Origin: Lama guanicoe
Lineage: Eukaryota
NCBI GenBank assembly: GCA_013239625.1
Contig: MU056050.1
Coordinates: 1,970,084 to 2,034,083 of the forward strand
DNA length: 64,000 bases
Reading direction: 5' to 3'
Shown here: positions 1-13,454 of the stretch, in pieces
Numbering within the stretch: the stretch's first letter is position 1
How the letters are laid out: each line of letters begins with the position of its first letter
Notes under the pieces: model-generated
The model's input: only the letters and a program-made list of their open reading frames with translations
Told to the model about the DNA's origin: nothing
The model's database searches: none
Made by a program: the position numbers and the translations under genes

Positions 1-2846
1 TGGGTAGCTACTGAGAGTAAACAGGATTTTGCCACCTCTCCTGGAATATTCTACTTATACTACTAGCCACCATTTTCTGGGGCCAGGTCCAATAGGTTCA
101 GTGCCCATTAGGCCGAGTCCTATTTCCAATTCCCAGCTTACTGCTGTATACCTTCTGACAAACTTCTACTGAGACCCTCTATATCATATGATATATATAA
201 CCTATATAATATGATATATTTTGGATCGCTTCATTATTCAGATTATAATTTCCTATAATTACTTGATGGAAATTCATCATCAGCATCATTTATTCTTGAG
301 TAGCTCTTTAAAGTTCCTAAGACACAATGTTTCATTTATTTCTTACAATGTGACAATATCATTATTCTCATTTTAGAGTTAAGGAAACTAAAGCTCAGAG
401 AAGTTAAATGACTTACCTAATGTCACAGAGAGCCAATTAGTGGTAAAACCAGGACCCAAACTTTAACTCCAAATCCTATTCCAGTCCACTGATTACCTAA
501 TACTACTTCTCTACCATAAAATTATTTGTATTAATTGTATTATGAGGACATTTTCCAAAATTATTTTTGACAGTTTCCAAGTTCTCCAAAAGCTTTAAAA
601 TAATTTTTCTACCTTGTCTAAGATGTAGCATTGTCTGGTGTCCCTGGCTATCATCAAACTCATTCAATTAATTGTTCTGGAAGATTCAGTTTAGTCAATA
701 TGTGGCAACAGACAATAGGGCAAAAGCCTAAAAATGTTAATTTTTATAATATCCAATAATTGGTACAGATTTCTCCATAAAACTTTAGTTCTTAGTCTTT
801 TTGTTCAGTATTTGTAATATCTGCATTTACATCCTAATTGGTTCAAATTCAGACTCCTCAAGTTCAGTATTCAAATTGTCATCAAATACTTTCATCTTCA
901 ACCCACTCTCAACCAAAATTTATTTGCCCATATGAGCAAACATGGGCCCTCAAGTTAAATAAGTTTCATCATTATCCTCCTTCTACATCATGCTCGCTAC
1001 CACCCACACAGTTTTGCTCATGCCATTCCCTCAACTGGAAATATCCTTCCTCTTTTCCCCCCGCAATAGAATATCTACCTCTCCTTAATGTCTAACTCAA
1101 ATCCCACCTTGTCCATACAGTTTTCCCCAACAACTGCAGACCTCAGTGGCCTCTATCCTTTGGATTCCGATTGCACCATAATAGGAAATAAAGAAAACAT
1201 CAATGGGCCTGCAATCCATCAGTTAGAAAGAAATATATTCCTAAGAAGTCCAAGTTTCAGTACCTCTGATAGTCTTGGTAACTTTAATTAAACCATCAAG
1301 ATAATTGCTTTATCTCCTAATGATAAAATGGAGAGTAATATAATCATTTACAATGAAAAATCTATTTGAAACCAAACTAACCAAAACCCTTAATTAAGTA
1401 GAATTCTTTTTTTTTTTTGCATACAATTTTTAAGATAATGAGGCAAAACAAACCAAAAAAAAAAGCTAATTTAATTTGTAATTACCTTTCGGGAGTATCT
1501 TGGTCTTGGTAGATACTCAGCCTCACACTCAACATCTGTTCCATCCATTCTTGGAGAATGATCACTGATTCTAGAGATGATGAGCCTATGAATCTGTAAA
1601 AGTAAACATGTTGATTAGATTCTACTTGCTAAGCAGGGAAGTAGACTCAAATTTAAAAATTTCTCAGAACATGAGGAAAAACAAAATACGATTTCACTTC
1701 ACCAGGGCAATCAAGACAGACTATTTAAAAAAAAAAGTGTAAGCGTCTCAAAGACAATGACCAAGTCTTAATCTTCTTTGTCTACCTTGATATACAGTAG
1801 AATCTCAGTGAAGTTTTCCAAATGGATTAACTCACTAGAAATCCCCTACCCAGAGCTTTCCAATAGATCAATTTGAATGTTTCACTTAAAATTTCCTCAG
1901 AGAAGAGCCACATGGCAGAGTAGAAGGATGCTAGTAGCTCACCCTCTTCCATGAATACACCAAGACTGACAGCCACTAACCCACGCAGCCAATCAGAGCA
2001 CCTGCTGAACTTTGACAGAACATCCCCTTCTTCAAAAGACAAAATACGCCAAAAATCCGGTAGGAGAAAAGGAGAAAAGAAAGAAGAAAAAGCAAAACAG
2101 TGTGGGACCGGTCCTGCGGGGAGGGAGCAGCAAAAGAGGACTGGCGCTCGTTTGCTGGGTCTCCCCTCTCCAGTGGAGAGGCCAGCGGGATGGAAGGGGA
2201 GCCTCTGAGGCTCAGATCTACCCGGAGTACCCCTTGACTGACAGAACTAAGTTAAACAGGCACAAAGGGTCCCCATGACACCCAGCCCGAGACACGGGCC
2301 AGCAGCCAGGGGCCGGGACAGGCTGCCCGAGCCGGGCGGAGGACTGGGGCGGCTGCACGGAGGCAGACCTAGGAGACAGCAGGGAGCTACGCGCCGTGGC
2401 TGGAAGGGGATATAGAGCAGAACAACCTGGGTCCTCCATGAAATATGAAAAAAAAACAAGGCAAACCAACATGGCTGTGTGCCCTGGGGGGAGGGGTGCC
2501 GTAGCCTTTTCTCCTCAGACCTGCGGCGCCATTACCGGCGCGTTCTAGGAAGAAGCGAGGCGGGGCGCAGCGACAGCCACCATATCCTCCAGGCGGAAGC
2601 GGGGTAGAAACCTGAATCCGTAGCCAGGGGCTCCGCAACCTCAGAGGCAGGACTGAGTTTTATTTACAGCCCCAGGCAGAGGGGACCGTTCTGCCCCGGT
2701 GCCTCTGTGAACACACACCTCTAAGACGAACAAGGAGTGGAGTTCTGGCACACACCGGGGGCGAGGGCTGTGCGGCCGTTTTCTCAGAGCCCACCTCGCG
2801 AGTGCGGACCCTACGCACCTCAGGGAGCAGCACTGAACCGCGGAGC

Positions 2847-3040
2847 GACGTGCCCACCTACCAGTGCACAGGCGCCACACCGGAACACAACATCAGGAAG
2901 GGGCGCGACCCACCCGCCTACCGGGCACGAGCACGTTGCCGGGACGCGGCGTTGGGAGGGGGCACGACCCGCCCGCCTACCGGGCACGAGCACGTTGCCG
3001 GGACGCGGCGTTGGAAGGGGGTGTGACCCGCCCGCCTACC
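2847..3040 (+). repeat. 59-bp GC-rich tandem repeat (~3.3 copies) in the L1 5'UTR
   Basis: Units start GAC at 2847, 2907, 2966 and 3025. Copies 2 and 3 share cccgcctaccgggcacgagcacgttgccgggacgcggcgttgg. Confidence 0.9.
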
Positions 3041-3552
3041 AGCGCTGGTGCGCAACCGGAGCGCCTCTGGACCCAGCCAGGAGCGTTCGCCCAGCAGGGT
3101 GAGGACGCGAGCTGCCACAGCCACAGAAAGGGAGGCCCGGCTCTGTAGCCAGGCCAGGCTCTGGCCACCACGACGCCGGCCACACCACCAACCAGAGGAA
3201 TAACAGACAAAAGGCATGGAAGGAAGACTTGGCAACCACCCATATTTAACAAGGAACTCTCCGCAAAATTATTAAGAGTGCACAGTCTCTACTGGAACAC
3301 ATCCACTTTTTTTTAATCTTTTCTTTTTTCTTTTTCTTTTTTAATTTTTAATTTTTTAATTTTTAATTTTTAGTCTCCTTTAAAATTTTCTTTTAAAATT
3401 TTTAGAATCTTAAAATTTGTCTTTTTTCTTTTAAATTTGTCTCAATTTGATTTTAATTTCCCTTTGTTTTCCTCTTCTGTTATTGATTATATTGTTTTCA
3501 ATTTTTCTTTTAAACTTCTTGTTTTTTAAGTTTTATTTCCACATCCACTTTA

Positions 3553-5007
3553 TTTTTTAACATTTTTATTGATTTATAATCATTTTACAATGTTGTGTCA
3601 AATTCCAGTGTAGAGCACAATTTTTCAGTTATACATGAACATATATATATTCATTGTCACATTCCTTTCTCTGTGAGCTACCATAAAATCTTGTATATAT
3701 TTCCCTGTGCTATACAGTATAATCTTGTTTATCTATTCTACAATTTTGAAATCCCAGTCTATCTCTTCCCACCCGCCACCCCCTTGGCAACCACAAGTCT
3801 GTATTCTATGTCTATGAGTCTATTTCTGTTCTGTATTTATGGTGGGTTTTTTGTTTGTTTTAGATTCCACATATGAGCAATCTCATATGGTATTTTTCTT
3901 TCTCTTTCTGGCTCACTTCACTTAGACTGACATTCTCCAGGGTCATCCATGTTGCTGCAAATGGCATTATATTGTCATTTTTATGGCCGAGTAGTATTCT
4001 ATTGTATAAATATACCACCACTTCTCTATCCAGTCATCTGTCAATGGACATTTAGGCTGTTTCCATGTCTTGGCTATTGTAAATAATGCTGCTATGAACA
4101 TTGGGGTGCAGATGTCTTTTTAAATTAAGATTCCCTCTGGATATATGCCCAGAAGGAGGATTCCTGGGTCATAATGTAAGTCTATTTCTAGTCTTTTAAG
4201 GAATCTCCATACTGTTTTCCACAATGGCTGCACCAAACTGCATTCCCACCAACAGTGTAGGAGGTTCCCTTTTCTCCACAGCCTCTCCAGCATTTATTGT
4301 TTGTGGACTTTTGAATGATGGCCATTCTGACTGGTGTGAGGTGATACCTCATTGTAGTTTTGATTTACATTTCTCTGATAATTAGTGATATTGAGCATTT
4401 TTTCANNNNNNNNNNNNNNNNNNNNNNNNNNNNNNNNNNNNNNNNNNNNNNNNNNNNNNNNNNNNNNNNNNNNNNNNNNNNNNNNNNNNNNNNNNNNNNN
4501 NNNNNNNNNNNNNNNNNNNNNNNNNNNNNNNNNNNNNNNNNNNNNNNNNNNNNNNNNNNNNNNNNNNNNNNNNNNNNNNNNNNNNNNNNNNNNNNNNNNN
4601 NNNNNNNNNNNNNNNNNNNNNNNNNNNNNNNNNNNNNNNNNNNNNNNNNNNNNNNNNNNNNNNNNNNNNNNNNNNNNNNNNNNNNNNNNNNNNNNNNNNN
4701 NNNNNNNNNNNNNNNNNNNNNNNNNNNNNNNNNNNNNNNNNNNNNNNNNNNNNNNNNNNNNNNNNNNNNNNNNNNNNNNNNNNNNNNNNNNNNNNNNNNN
4801 NNNNNNNNNNNNNNNNNNNNNNNNNNNNNNNNNNNNNNNNNNNNNNNNNNNNNNNNNNNNNNNNNNNNNNNNNNNNNNNNNNNNNNNNNNNNNNTTTGTC
4901 AAAGGTTGACCAAAAGTTTGTGGGTTCATTTCTGGGCTCTCTATTCTGTTCCATTGGTCTATATGTCTGTTGTTGTACCAATACCATGCTGTCTTGATGA
5001 CTGTACC
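3553..5007 (-). mobile_element. 5'-truncated L1 inserted antisense in the 5'UTR of the host L1
   Basis: T tract and reverse AATAAA at ~3553-3570, L1 3'UTR and ORF2 C-terminus on the minus strand. Flanked by TTCCACATCCACTTTA at 3537-3552 and 5008-5023. Confidence 0.92.
4406..4894. other. Assembly gap (489 N)
   Basis: Run of N. Confidence 1.
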
Positions 5008-8000
5008 TTCCACATCCACTTTAGATAAACAAACAAACAAACCCCTTAAGGACCACAGTAGATAACTGATACTCAATAATCCATAGTGCCAGAGAGATAT
5101 AAGTAAAATGAAGAGGCAGAGGAACCACTCCCAATTAAAAGAGCAAGAGAAATCCCATGAAAAAACAATCAATGAAATAGACCTTGATAGCCTACTAGAT
5201 CATGATTTCAAAAAAGGACTGATCAAAGTATTGAAGGAAGTAAAAGAAATAGTGTTTAGAGATATAAAATAGGTCAAAACTGAAATAGAAGCTATAAAGA
5301 AGAACCAAGTAGAATTAGTAAACCCATTTGCTGAGATAAGAGCTGAGCTAAAAGCTGTAAAAAGTAGGCTAGATAATGCAGAGGTACAAATAAGTGACTT
5401 AGAAGACAGGACAACAGAAGTCACCCAATCAGAACAGCTGAGAGAGAAAACAATATAAGGGACCTGTGGGATAATATAAAGTGTGCCAACCTACACATAA
5501 TAGAGGTCCCAGAAGGAGAAGAAAGAGCAAAGGGGATTGAAAAGGCATTTGAAGAAATCAAGACTGAAAACTTTCTGAACCTAAAGAAGGAATCAGGTAT
5601 CTAAGTACAGGAAGCACAGAGGATCTCAAACAAGAAGAACCCAAATAGACCCACACCAAGACATATTATAATCAGGATGGCCAGTGTTAAGGGTAAAGAA
5701 ATACTCCCAAACTCATTCTATGAAGCCACCATCACTCTGATACCAAAACCAGATAAAGACACTGTGAAAAAAGAAAATTACAGACCAATATCACTGATGA
5801 ACATAGATGCAAAAATACTCAACAAAACATTAGCAAACAGAATCCAACATCACATAAAAAAGATTATACACCATGATCAAGTTGGGTTCAACCCAGGAAC
5901 ACAAGGATGGTTCAACATACCCAAATCAATCAATGTGATACACCACATCAACAAGAGAAAGGACAAAAACCACATGATCATCTCGATAGATACAGAAAAA
6001 GCATTTGATAAAATTCAACATGCATTTATGATAAAAACCCTTACCAAAGTGGATATAAAGGAAACATATCTCAACATAATAAAAGCTATTTATGACAAAC
6101 CTACAGCCAGCATAGTACTCAACAGTGAAAAACTGAAAATCTTCCCACTAAAATCTGGGACAAGACAAGGCTGTCCACTCTCACCACTTATATTCAACAT
6201 AGTCTTGGAAGTCTTAGCCACAGCAATCAGGCAAGAGAAAGAAATAAAAGGGATCCAAATTGGAAAAGAAGAGGTAAAATTGTCACTATATGCAGACAAC
6301 ATGATACTATATATAGAAAATCCTAAAAGCTCCACAAAAAAACTACTAGAACTAATAAAAGAATTTGGCAAGGTAGCAGGATACCAGATTAATGTATAAA
6401 AATCAGTTGCATTTCTCTACAATAACAATGAATCAACAGGAAAAGAAAGTACAGAAACAGTCCCCTTTAAAATAGCACCCAAAGTAGTAAAATACCTACA
6501 AATAAATCTAGCCAAGGAGATGAAAGACTTACACATCGAGAATTACAAAACATTAATTAAGGAAATTAAAGAAGACTTAAAGAAATGGAAAGATAGCCCA
6601 TGCTCCTGAATTGGAAGAATCAATATTGTTAAAATGGCCAGACTGCCCAAGGTAATCTATAGATTTAATGCAATCTCCATCAAATTACCCAGGACATATT
6701 TCACAGAAGTAGAACAAATCATATTAAAATTTATATGGATTCACAAAAGACCTAGAATTGCCAAAGCATTATTGAAGAGAAAGAAAGAGGCTGGAGGAAT
6801 AACTCTCCTAGACTTCAGACAATACTATAGAGCTACAGTAATCAAAACAGCATGGTATTGGTATAAAAAACAGACATATGGATCAATGGAACAGAATAGA
6901 GAGCCCAGAAATGAACCCACAAACTTTTGGTCAACTCATCTTTGACAAAGGAGGCAAGAACATACAATGGAATAAAGACGGTCTTTTCAGAAAATGGTAT
7001 TGGGAAAACTGGACAGCAGCATGTAAATCAGTGAAGCTAGAACACTTCCTTACACTATACACAAAAATCAACTCAAAATGGGTCAAAGACTTAAACATAA
7101 GACAAGATACAATAAACCTCCTAGAGGAAAATATAGGCAAAACATTATCTGACATACATCTCAAAAATTTTCTCCTAGAAGAAATAAAAGCAAGAATAAA
7201 CAAATGGGACCTAATGAAACTTACAAGCTTCTGCACAGCAAAGGAAACCATAAGTAAAACAAAAAGACAACCTACAGAATGGGAGAAAATATTTGCAAAA
7301 GATGAGACTGACAAGGGCTTGATTTCCAGAATATATAAACAGCTCATATGACTTAATAAGAAAAATACAAACAACCCAATCCAAAAAATGGGCAGAAGAC
7401 CTAAACAAGGAATTCTCCGAGGAAGACATATGAATGACCAATAGGCACATGAAAAAATGCTCAATATCACTAATTATCAGAGAAATGCAAATCAAAACTA
7501 CAATATTCTTAGTCGGATTTAATAGGCTCGGGCACTTTGCTAACACACTGCAGTGGATCAATTGAAGTTAATTATTATACAAGATTAAACCCCAAGTAAC
7601 TACAGTACATCAAACCCATGCAAAAGGCTCTGGCTCAGGATGAAGGAAAAACAAACATGAATTCTGGAGGCGAGACTTTTCTATACAGTCCTTAACTCAC
7701 TGACTGTATTTTGCATATAAACATAATAGACTAATACAATATGAAATGCAGCATATTAAATTCTGAAAGTAAGATATAAACTTCACCTACTGTCTCTATG
7801 GAATACTTAACCTAGGGACCTAAAGGAATAACTTTTCTACTTATTTATGGATAGTTGATTTGTCTTCTACTGCTTACCCAGATTTACATTTCTACCCACC
7901 AGGGACTCAACCTTTTATGATTATCGACCATTTCAAGAAAATTAAGTATCTGAAAAGCCACAGAAGCAAATAAATGGGATTTCACATTTATTCATTGTCT

Positions 8001-9504
8001 GAGTCACTTCAAGGAAGCATGGCTAAGCCTAGAATGGGGGATTAATAAATAGCTCTTGGTAAGTTGAATGAGAGTTCTTTAGGTTTTTTAGGGACCTAAC
8101 TGGGAGAGACAAAGGAATATATCAGAAAAGAAAAAACAATGACAAGGCACATGTATGCTAATTCATGGTCATTAAGTGGTAGCGATGTCCCTTTTGGGAA
8201 GGATATTTTTAAAATATCAACCATTTCTTCCTGACAATTCAGTTTTTCTTCTGGCCCTTTCCCTCATTGTACAGCTAAATAGTTCTGTGCTCATTTGCTT
8301 TGGCAGACAACAGACAGCAGAAACAGCATAAAGCAGTGGGGAGCAAAAGTCATCTCATCCTGGCATTTGGGTTTCAAAAGTCTAGCAAAGGGCTCACAAC
8401 ATGGACAAAGAATAATTGTAAAAAAGCAAAAATTACCCCAATCATCCCCCATCAGACCAAGAAAAGATTTCTTAAGATAAGAGAACTAAGAAAAGATGGA
8501 AAGGAAGCAATGAGAATATAGATGTCAAATGTTCCAAAGAAATAAAAAGCCACACAGGTTTTTAGTTGCCACAAGATAGGGAATTCAGTCCCCATTTTAA
8601 GATAAAATCTTTGGGAGACAGTAAGATACACAGGGTCAACTGGCTCTTAAATGTGTCCAGGCAGAAGGGGACTTAGCCTCACAGAGCTTTATTCCACGTC
8701 GTCATGGTGTAGAAAGAGCTAAGTGCTTTCTGCGATTACAAGAGTGACATCGAAGTAGGAAAAAGACAGATAGCCTAATGGAGCCCTGAAGATAAGAGTA
8801 AGGATCATCTCTCCTAGTGGTGTCTATGGGCCATTGACTTAGACTCAGATGGGGCCATGGGCATCTCGGCAGTTACCTTCATAGGCGTAATAAAGATATA
8901 AAAGATCATCTCCTGATATCTTGGCACTATGTGATTTCTCCACCTACCCCTCAGTAACTTAGACACAACCCAAAGGAAAGAAGTGTGAAATCCCCAAACT
9001 AACTACAATTAAGTTTCCAAACTCTGTTGGATTAAAGATTTTGAATGGAAATTTATTAGAAAAGACAGTTCCATTTCCTGTATACATGAATTTGTGGACT
9101 GAGATTCATGTCTGCATAACTGTAAGTGTATTTGCAACAAAATACAGGCTACAGGAGTACTCAAAATTGGAATGGGCAAGTCATTTATTCTATAAACATT
9201 TACTCATTAGTTACTATGGCTTTGATTAGGGGCTGGTAAGGGGAACACAATGGCAGGGAGAGCTGGTGGAAATTTATAGAGTCCCAACCAAAGGGTTGGA
9301 AGTTCAAAGGCAGGACAAAGTAGACAAGGAGGTAGAAAGGAAACTCTGGCATGGGAAGAAAATGGCAATTACCTAGTTACTTAACTTTGTCTTAAAATAT
9401 TGGTTCTCAAACTTTAGCGCAAATAAGGACCAGCTTTGATGAATGTTTTTCATAGTACATACATCAAGGCCTCAGTACCAGATTATGATTCCATGGGGAT
9501 AGAG

Positions 9505-9727
9505 CAAGGGTCAGCACACGTGTTCTATAAAGGTTCAGACAGTAAATGTTTTAGAGTTTCTTGGCCATGTGGAGTCTGTCACAACTACCCAATTCTGCAT
9601 TGTAGTGTGAAAGCAGCCATAGACTATATATAAATGAGAGGGTATGTCTGTGTTCCAATAAATTTTTACTTACAAAAATGGGTGGCAACTTGGATTTGGC
9701 CCACAGGCCACAATTTGCTGACCCCTA
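9505..9727 (-). mobile_element. MER58A-like hAT-Charlie element nested in a MER5-like element (~9400-9800)
   Basis: Termini caagggtcagca...tgctgaccccta; internal gtgttccaataaa and gcagccatagac match recalled MER58A. Confidence 0.75.
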
Positions 9728-11249
9728 TTCTCGAGCAAGGCCTGGACACCCATATATTTTTTAAAGTTCTACAAGTGATTCAAATGCACAGCAAAAAGTA
9801 TTGGAAAAATAGCAAACTAGAACAGAAAGCTTCGGTTTGAATACCAATATGTTACTTATGAGAGAGTAACGCATTAATACTTCATCGATCCTTACTAGAG
9901 TTTCATCTAATAATAAATTTTAAAAACACAGGAAATTGGGGCACAAGACACATGGGTCTCAGTTATGAATCGCTATGTTAAAGTTATGCAAAAACCCTAA
10001 ATTAAATATTATTAGACAGGATACTATAGTATATTAAAAGAATAAACTATCATAACTAAGTGGGACTAATTCTGGGAATAGAAGGACATTTAATATTCTT
10101 TTATCTAATAATTTCATTTGTAGGAATCATACAGATAAACACACAAGAAGAGATTCAGGTAGGAAAAGTATTTATTCATTACAGCATTGTTTGTAATAGC
10201 AGCACACTGGAAACCATCTAAAGGTCCATTAACAGGAGACTGGTTGGTACTATATGCTTAAATGTGCACAGAATGTCTCTGGAGGAATATACAAGAAACT
10301 AGCAACAGTGGTTTCCACTAGGGAGAGGAACTGGAAGACTAAGAAACAGGGCTGTGAGGGAGACTTGCTGTATATATTTGGGGGCTTTAGGGTTTTATAT
10401 AATGTGCAAGTACTTACTACATATTCAAATGAGCAATTATTATAATTTTTTAAAATTACGTTGCATTCATTGATTCATTTAGCAAACCCTTATTGACCTC
10501 TTGCCTAAGGGTAGAATAAGTAACAAGATATCTAGTAGAAGAAACTATCCAGCAAATAATTAAGAAAATGGTAGCCTTAGTGCCCAGGTTCCACCACCAA
10601 AAATTCTGATCCAATTGTCCTGGGAGGCAGATAGTAATTTTTTAAATGCCCCAAGGTGATTCTAATATCTAATTATGTTTGAGGGCTACTTAGTTTAAAT
10701 AAGTATGGTTTGATGGTGAAAAAAACCTAGAGATAATCTTAATTGCATCTGAGAATGCCATGTCTCCAGAAGACATAACTAGTGCATGATGTCATTTTTC
10801 AGAATAACAAAGGAGGGGTGAAGGAGAAGATGAATGTTATTGACCAATTCTCTCCAGAGTAGGCCAATGAAGATAATTCATTATGCTGACCCCAGGCATG
10901 CCTGGAGGGCAATAGCTGCATTGATCCAGTTTCATGTACTTTTCAATTTGCACCTAAGGAAGACTGAGAACAGAAAGGCCACATACACACATGCACATAC
11001 ACACTAGAGAGAAGTTCCATTTTTTCTTTGACTTGCTAAGGGACTACTGGAATAAAAATTCTTACTCTGTCTTCCAACACCTTCTGGTTCACTATTGCCA
11101 TAGAGACCCCTAACAACCTGAACTATAATGTATGATAAGTGAACCCACCCATAAGCAAGCATTGAAAATTCACAATCCAGCCAAGAAGATTCAGTAACTT
11201 GAAGGAACAACCAGGCTGAACAACCAGAATTCATGACTGTAATTGGGGC

Positions 11250-13450
11250 AGGACTAATTGTAAGGGAAAGAGGAAAACTTTAAATGAAAATAGTGAGGAC
11301 CCTTAAAGAAACAAAGAGATGCAAAAATAGGGGGAGGACCAAAACCTTTTTTTTCACAATTTAAAAATTCAGTAGTAAAAATGGCAAAAAGAATGGACAA
11401 TGATGAAAATTGGAAGATCAAATAAAAGTAATATTTTTAAACATAGAGAAAAATACATTGAAATGTGATTTATTAATGAAAAGATAAGATATATTGAGAG
11501 TAGGTCCAGAAAACTAATAACTAAACAATAGTTGTACAGAAAGAGAAAAAATAAATGGAAATCAATAATCAAAGAAACAATAAAAGAAAAAGGGCCCTAA
11601 ACTGGAAAAAAAACTTCAGTTTTCAGAGTAAAAGTGATCCCCAAATCTCATAAACCATTAATGAAAAAAGAATCATATTTGGAAAGCTTACTGAAACCTC
11701 TAAGCTACAAAAAAGGGAAAATCTTATAGATTCCTGGATAGATAAAGCAGGTTGTTTATAACAAGGAGAATTAAACTAGCATGAAATTTCTTCAACATTG
11801 AAAGTTGGAGAACATTGGAAATATATATACACACACACATATCATATATGAAATTATAATATATATATGGAAAAGGATTTAATCAAAGTAATATTCATAT
11901 GTGACAGTAAAATAATATTTGTGAACATGAGTGAGTTCAGAAAGTATACCTCTCATGTACTCTTATAAGTAAATCACTCAAAGAAAGAATATTTCCAAAT
12001 AAAAATTATAGCAGGTCAAAGAACTCAAGATAAGGGAAGAAGAAATGTATACAAAAGAGTGGTGAGCAGTGCTTCTTGTAAAGGTATAGTTAAAAATCTA
12101 AATTAATAATAATAAGAACATAAACTGTAACATAAATGTTAAAACAGTGTATTGAACTATAACTTATATTTTATAAAGAAATAACATGGTAATATACTGG
12201 AAATGAAGTTCTATTTTAACAAAGTTCAGAATTTGGCAGAGAAAAGAGGGAGTGAGGCATTTAAAGCTTTGTAAATTTCTCATTTTGGTAAGAAATTTGT
12301 TTAAACATAGTAGTGAAACATTTTGGGGATTGGAATGCGTAACTTATTTAATTTTTGTATTTTGATAGAGGAGTATATATAGCTTTAAGTACTACAAAAA
12401 TGTAGGCATGTATCACTAGAAGAAAGAGATTTTATGAGTTAACGGAAGACTAAAGGAAATTTTTCTCACTCTGAGAAATATAGCACATATAATAAAGGGT
12501 AAATGAGCAAATAATAACAGGTATAATAAGTAATAAACATAAATAACAAAACAGAAAGAATACAAATATATCAGTTATCCCAACAAATGTGAATGGACTG
12601 AATTCCCTATAAAAATACCAAAACCATCCCAGATTGAATTAAGAAATAAGTGTTGAAAATAAATAGGCAAAAATATAACAGGTAAATATTAACAAAAAGA
12701 AAGCCAGAGTGGTGATATATTGGTATCAGGAAATGAAAATCAAAGTGAAAAGTATTAAATGGCACAAAAAGGAACAATTTGTAATTGATTTATTCACTGA
12801 GTACCTACTATGTGTCAGGCATCTAGGGAGGTACAAGCAAAAAACAATGTCCAAACAGAATAAAAGAACTGCTCCTGTAGACTTTGCATTATAGTACCAG
12901 AAGACAGATATTAAACAAAAAAGTAAATCATTTGGTATATCACAATAAGATAAATGCTATGGAGAAAAAAAATGCAGGAGATAATAGTGGGGAATGCCTC
13001 AGACAGGGTGGGAGAAGCCTATCTGAAAAGGTAACATTTGAGAAAGGACTTAAAGCTGGTATAATGGTAAAAGATACTAAGAAGATACAGCCATCACAAA
13101 TATTTATGCACCAAACAATATAACAGCAAAAGCTCCCAGAATTAGAAAGAGAAAGCAGTATAACTATGCATAGTGAAGAATGTTAATAATGTCTTTCAGA
13201 ATATGACAAATCATGAAGGGAAAAATAGAGAATGGGAGACATTCAATCAAAAATGTCTGCTCCCGTCAAAGAAAGAATATACATTTTCCATATGGAACAT
13301 TTATAAAAATCAATCTTGCACAGGACACAAAGGAACTTTAATATATTCGTAGAGTTTTAAAAAGCCATATTACCTAACAATAGTACAAAAAATTAGAAAT
13401 CAATAATAAAACTATAACAATATCTTGGTCATCTGGAAAATGATAAATGC
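11250..13450 (+). mobile_element. Ancient degraded L1 (L1M-type) with an L2 fragment at ~12780-13050
   Basis: A-rich strand with L1 endonuclease-region relics (aatgtgaatggactgaattcc, atatttatgcaccaaacaat); L2 3' motif tcactgagtacctactatgtgtcaggca. Confidence 0.55.
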
Positions 13451-13454
13451 TTGG

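Larger units (their letters stand above)
1899..7504 (+). mobile_element. Young lineage-specific LINE-1: full 5'UTR, disrupted ORF1 (ATG 5108), internal deletion at ~5700, ORF2 RT/C-terminal remnants, 3'-truncated
   Basis: 5' end gagaagagccacatggcagagtag, CpG-rich 5'UTR, ORF1-like coiled-coil peptide with a stop at 5270. ORF2 motifs [25 protein letters not shown] and YADN (normally FADD/YADD). Stops and frameshifts present; no poly(A). Confidence 0.93.

Noticed and set aside
2847..3040. CRISPR-like array
   Set aside because: Head-to-tail tandem units without unique spacers, inside a mammalian L1.
2000..3260. CpG island suggesting a second gene promoter
   Set aside because: It is the L1 5'UTR.
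4294..5172. Long ORFs containing X runs
   Set aside because: Artefacts of the N gap.
5677..7351. Reverse transcriptase ORFs as a novel retroelement or defence system
   Set aside because: Ordinary L1 ORF2 fragments with stops, frameshifts and a mutated catalytic motif.
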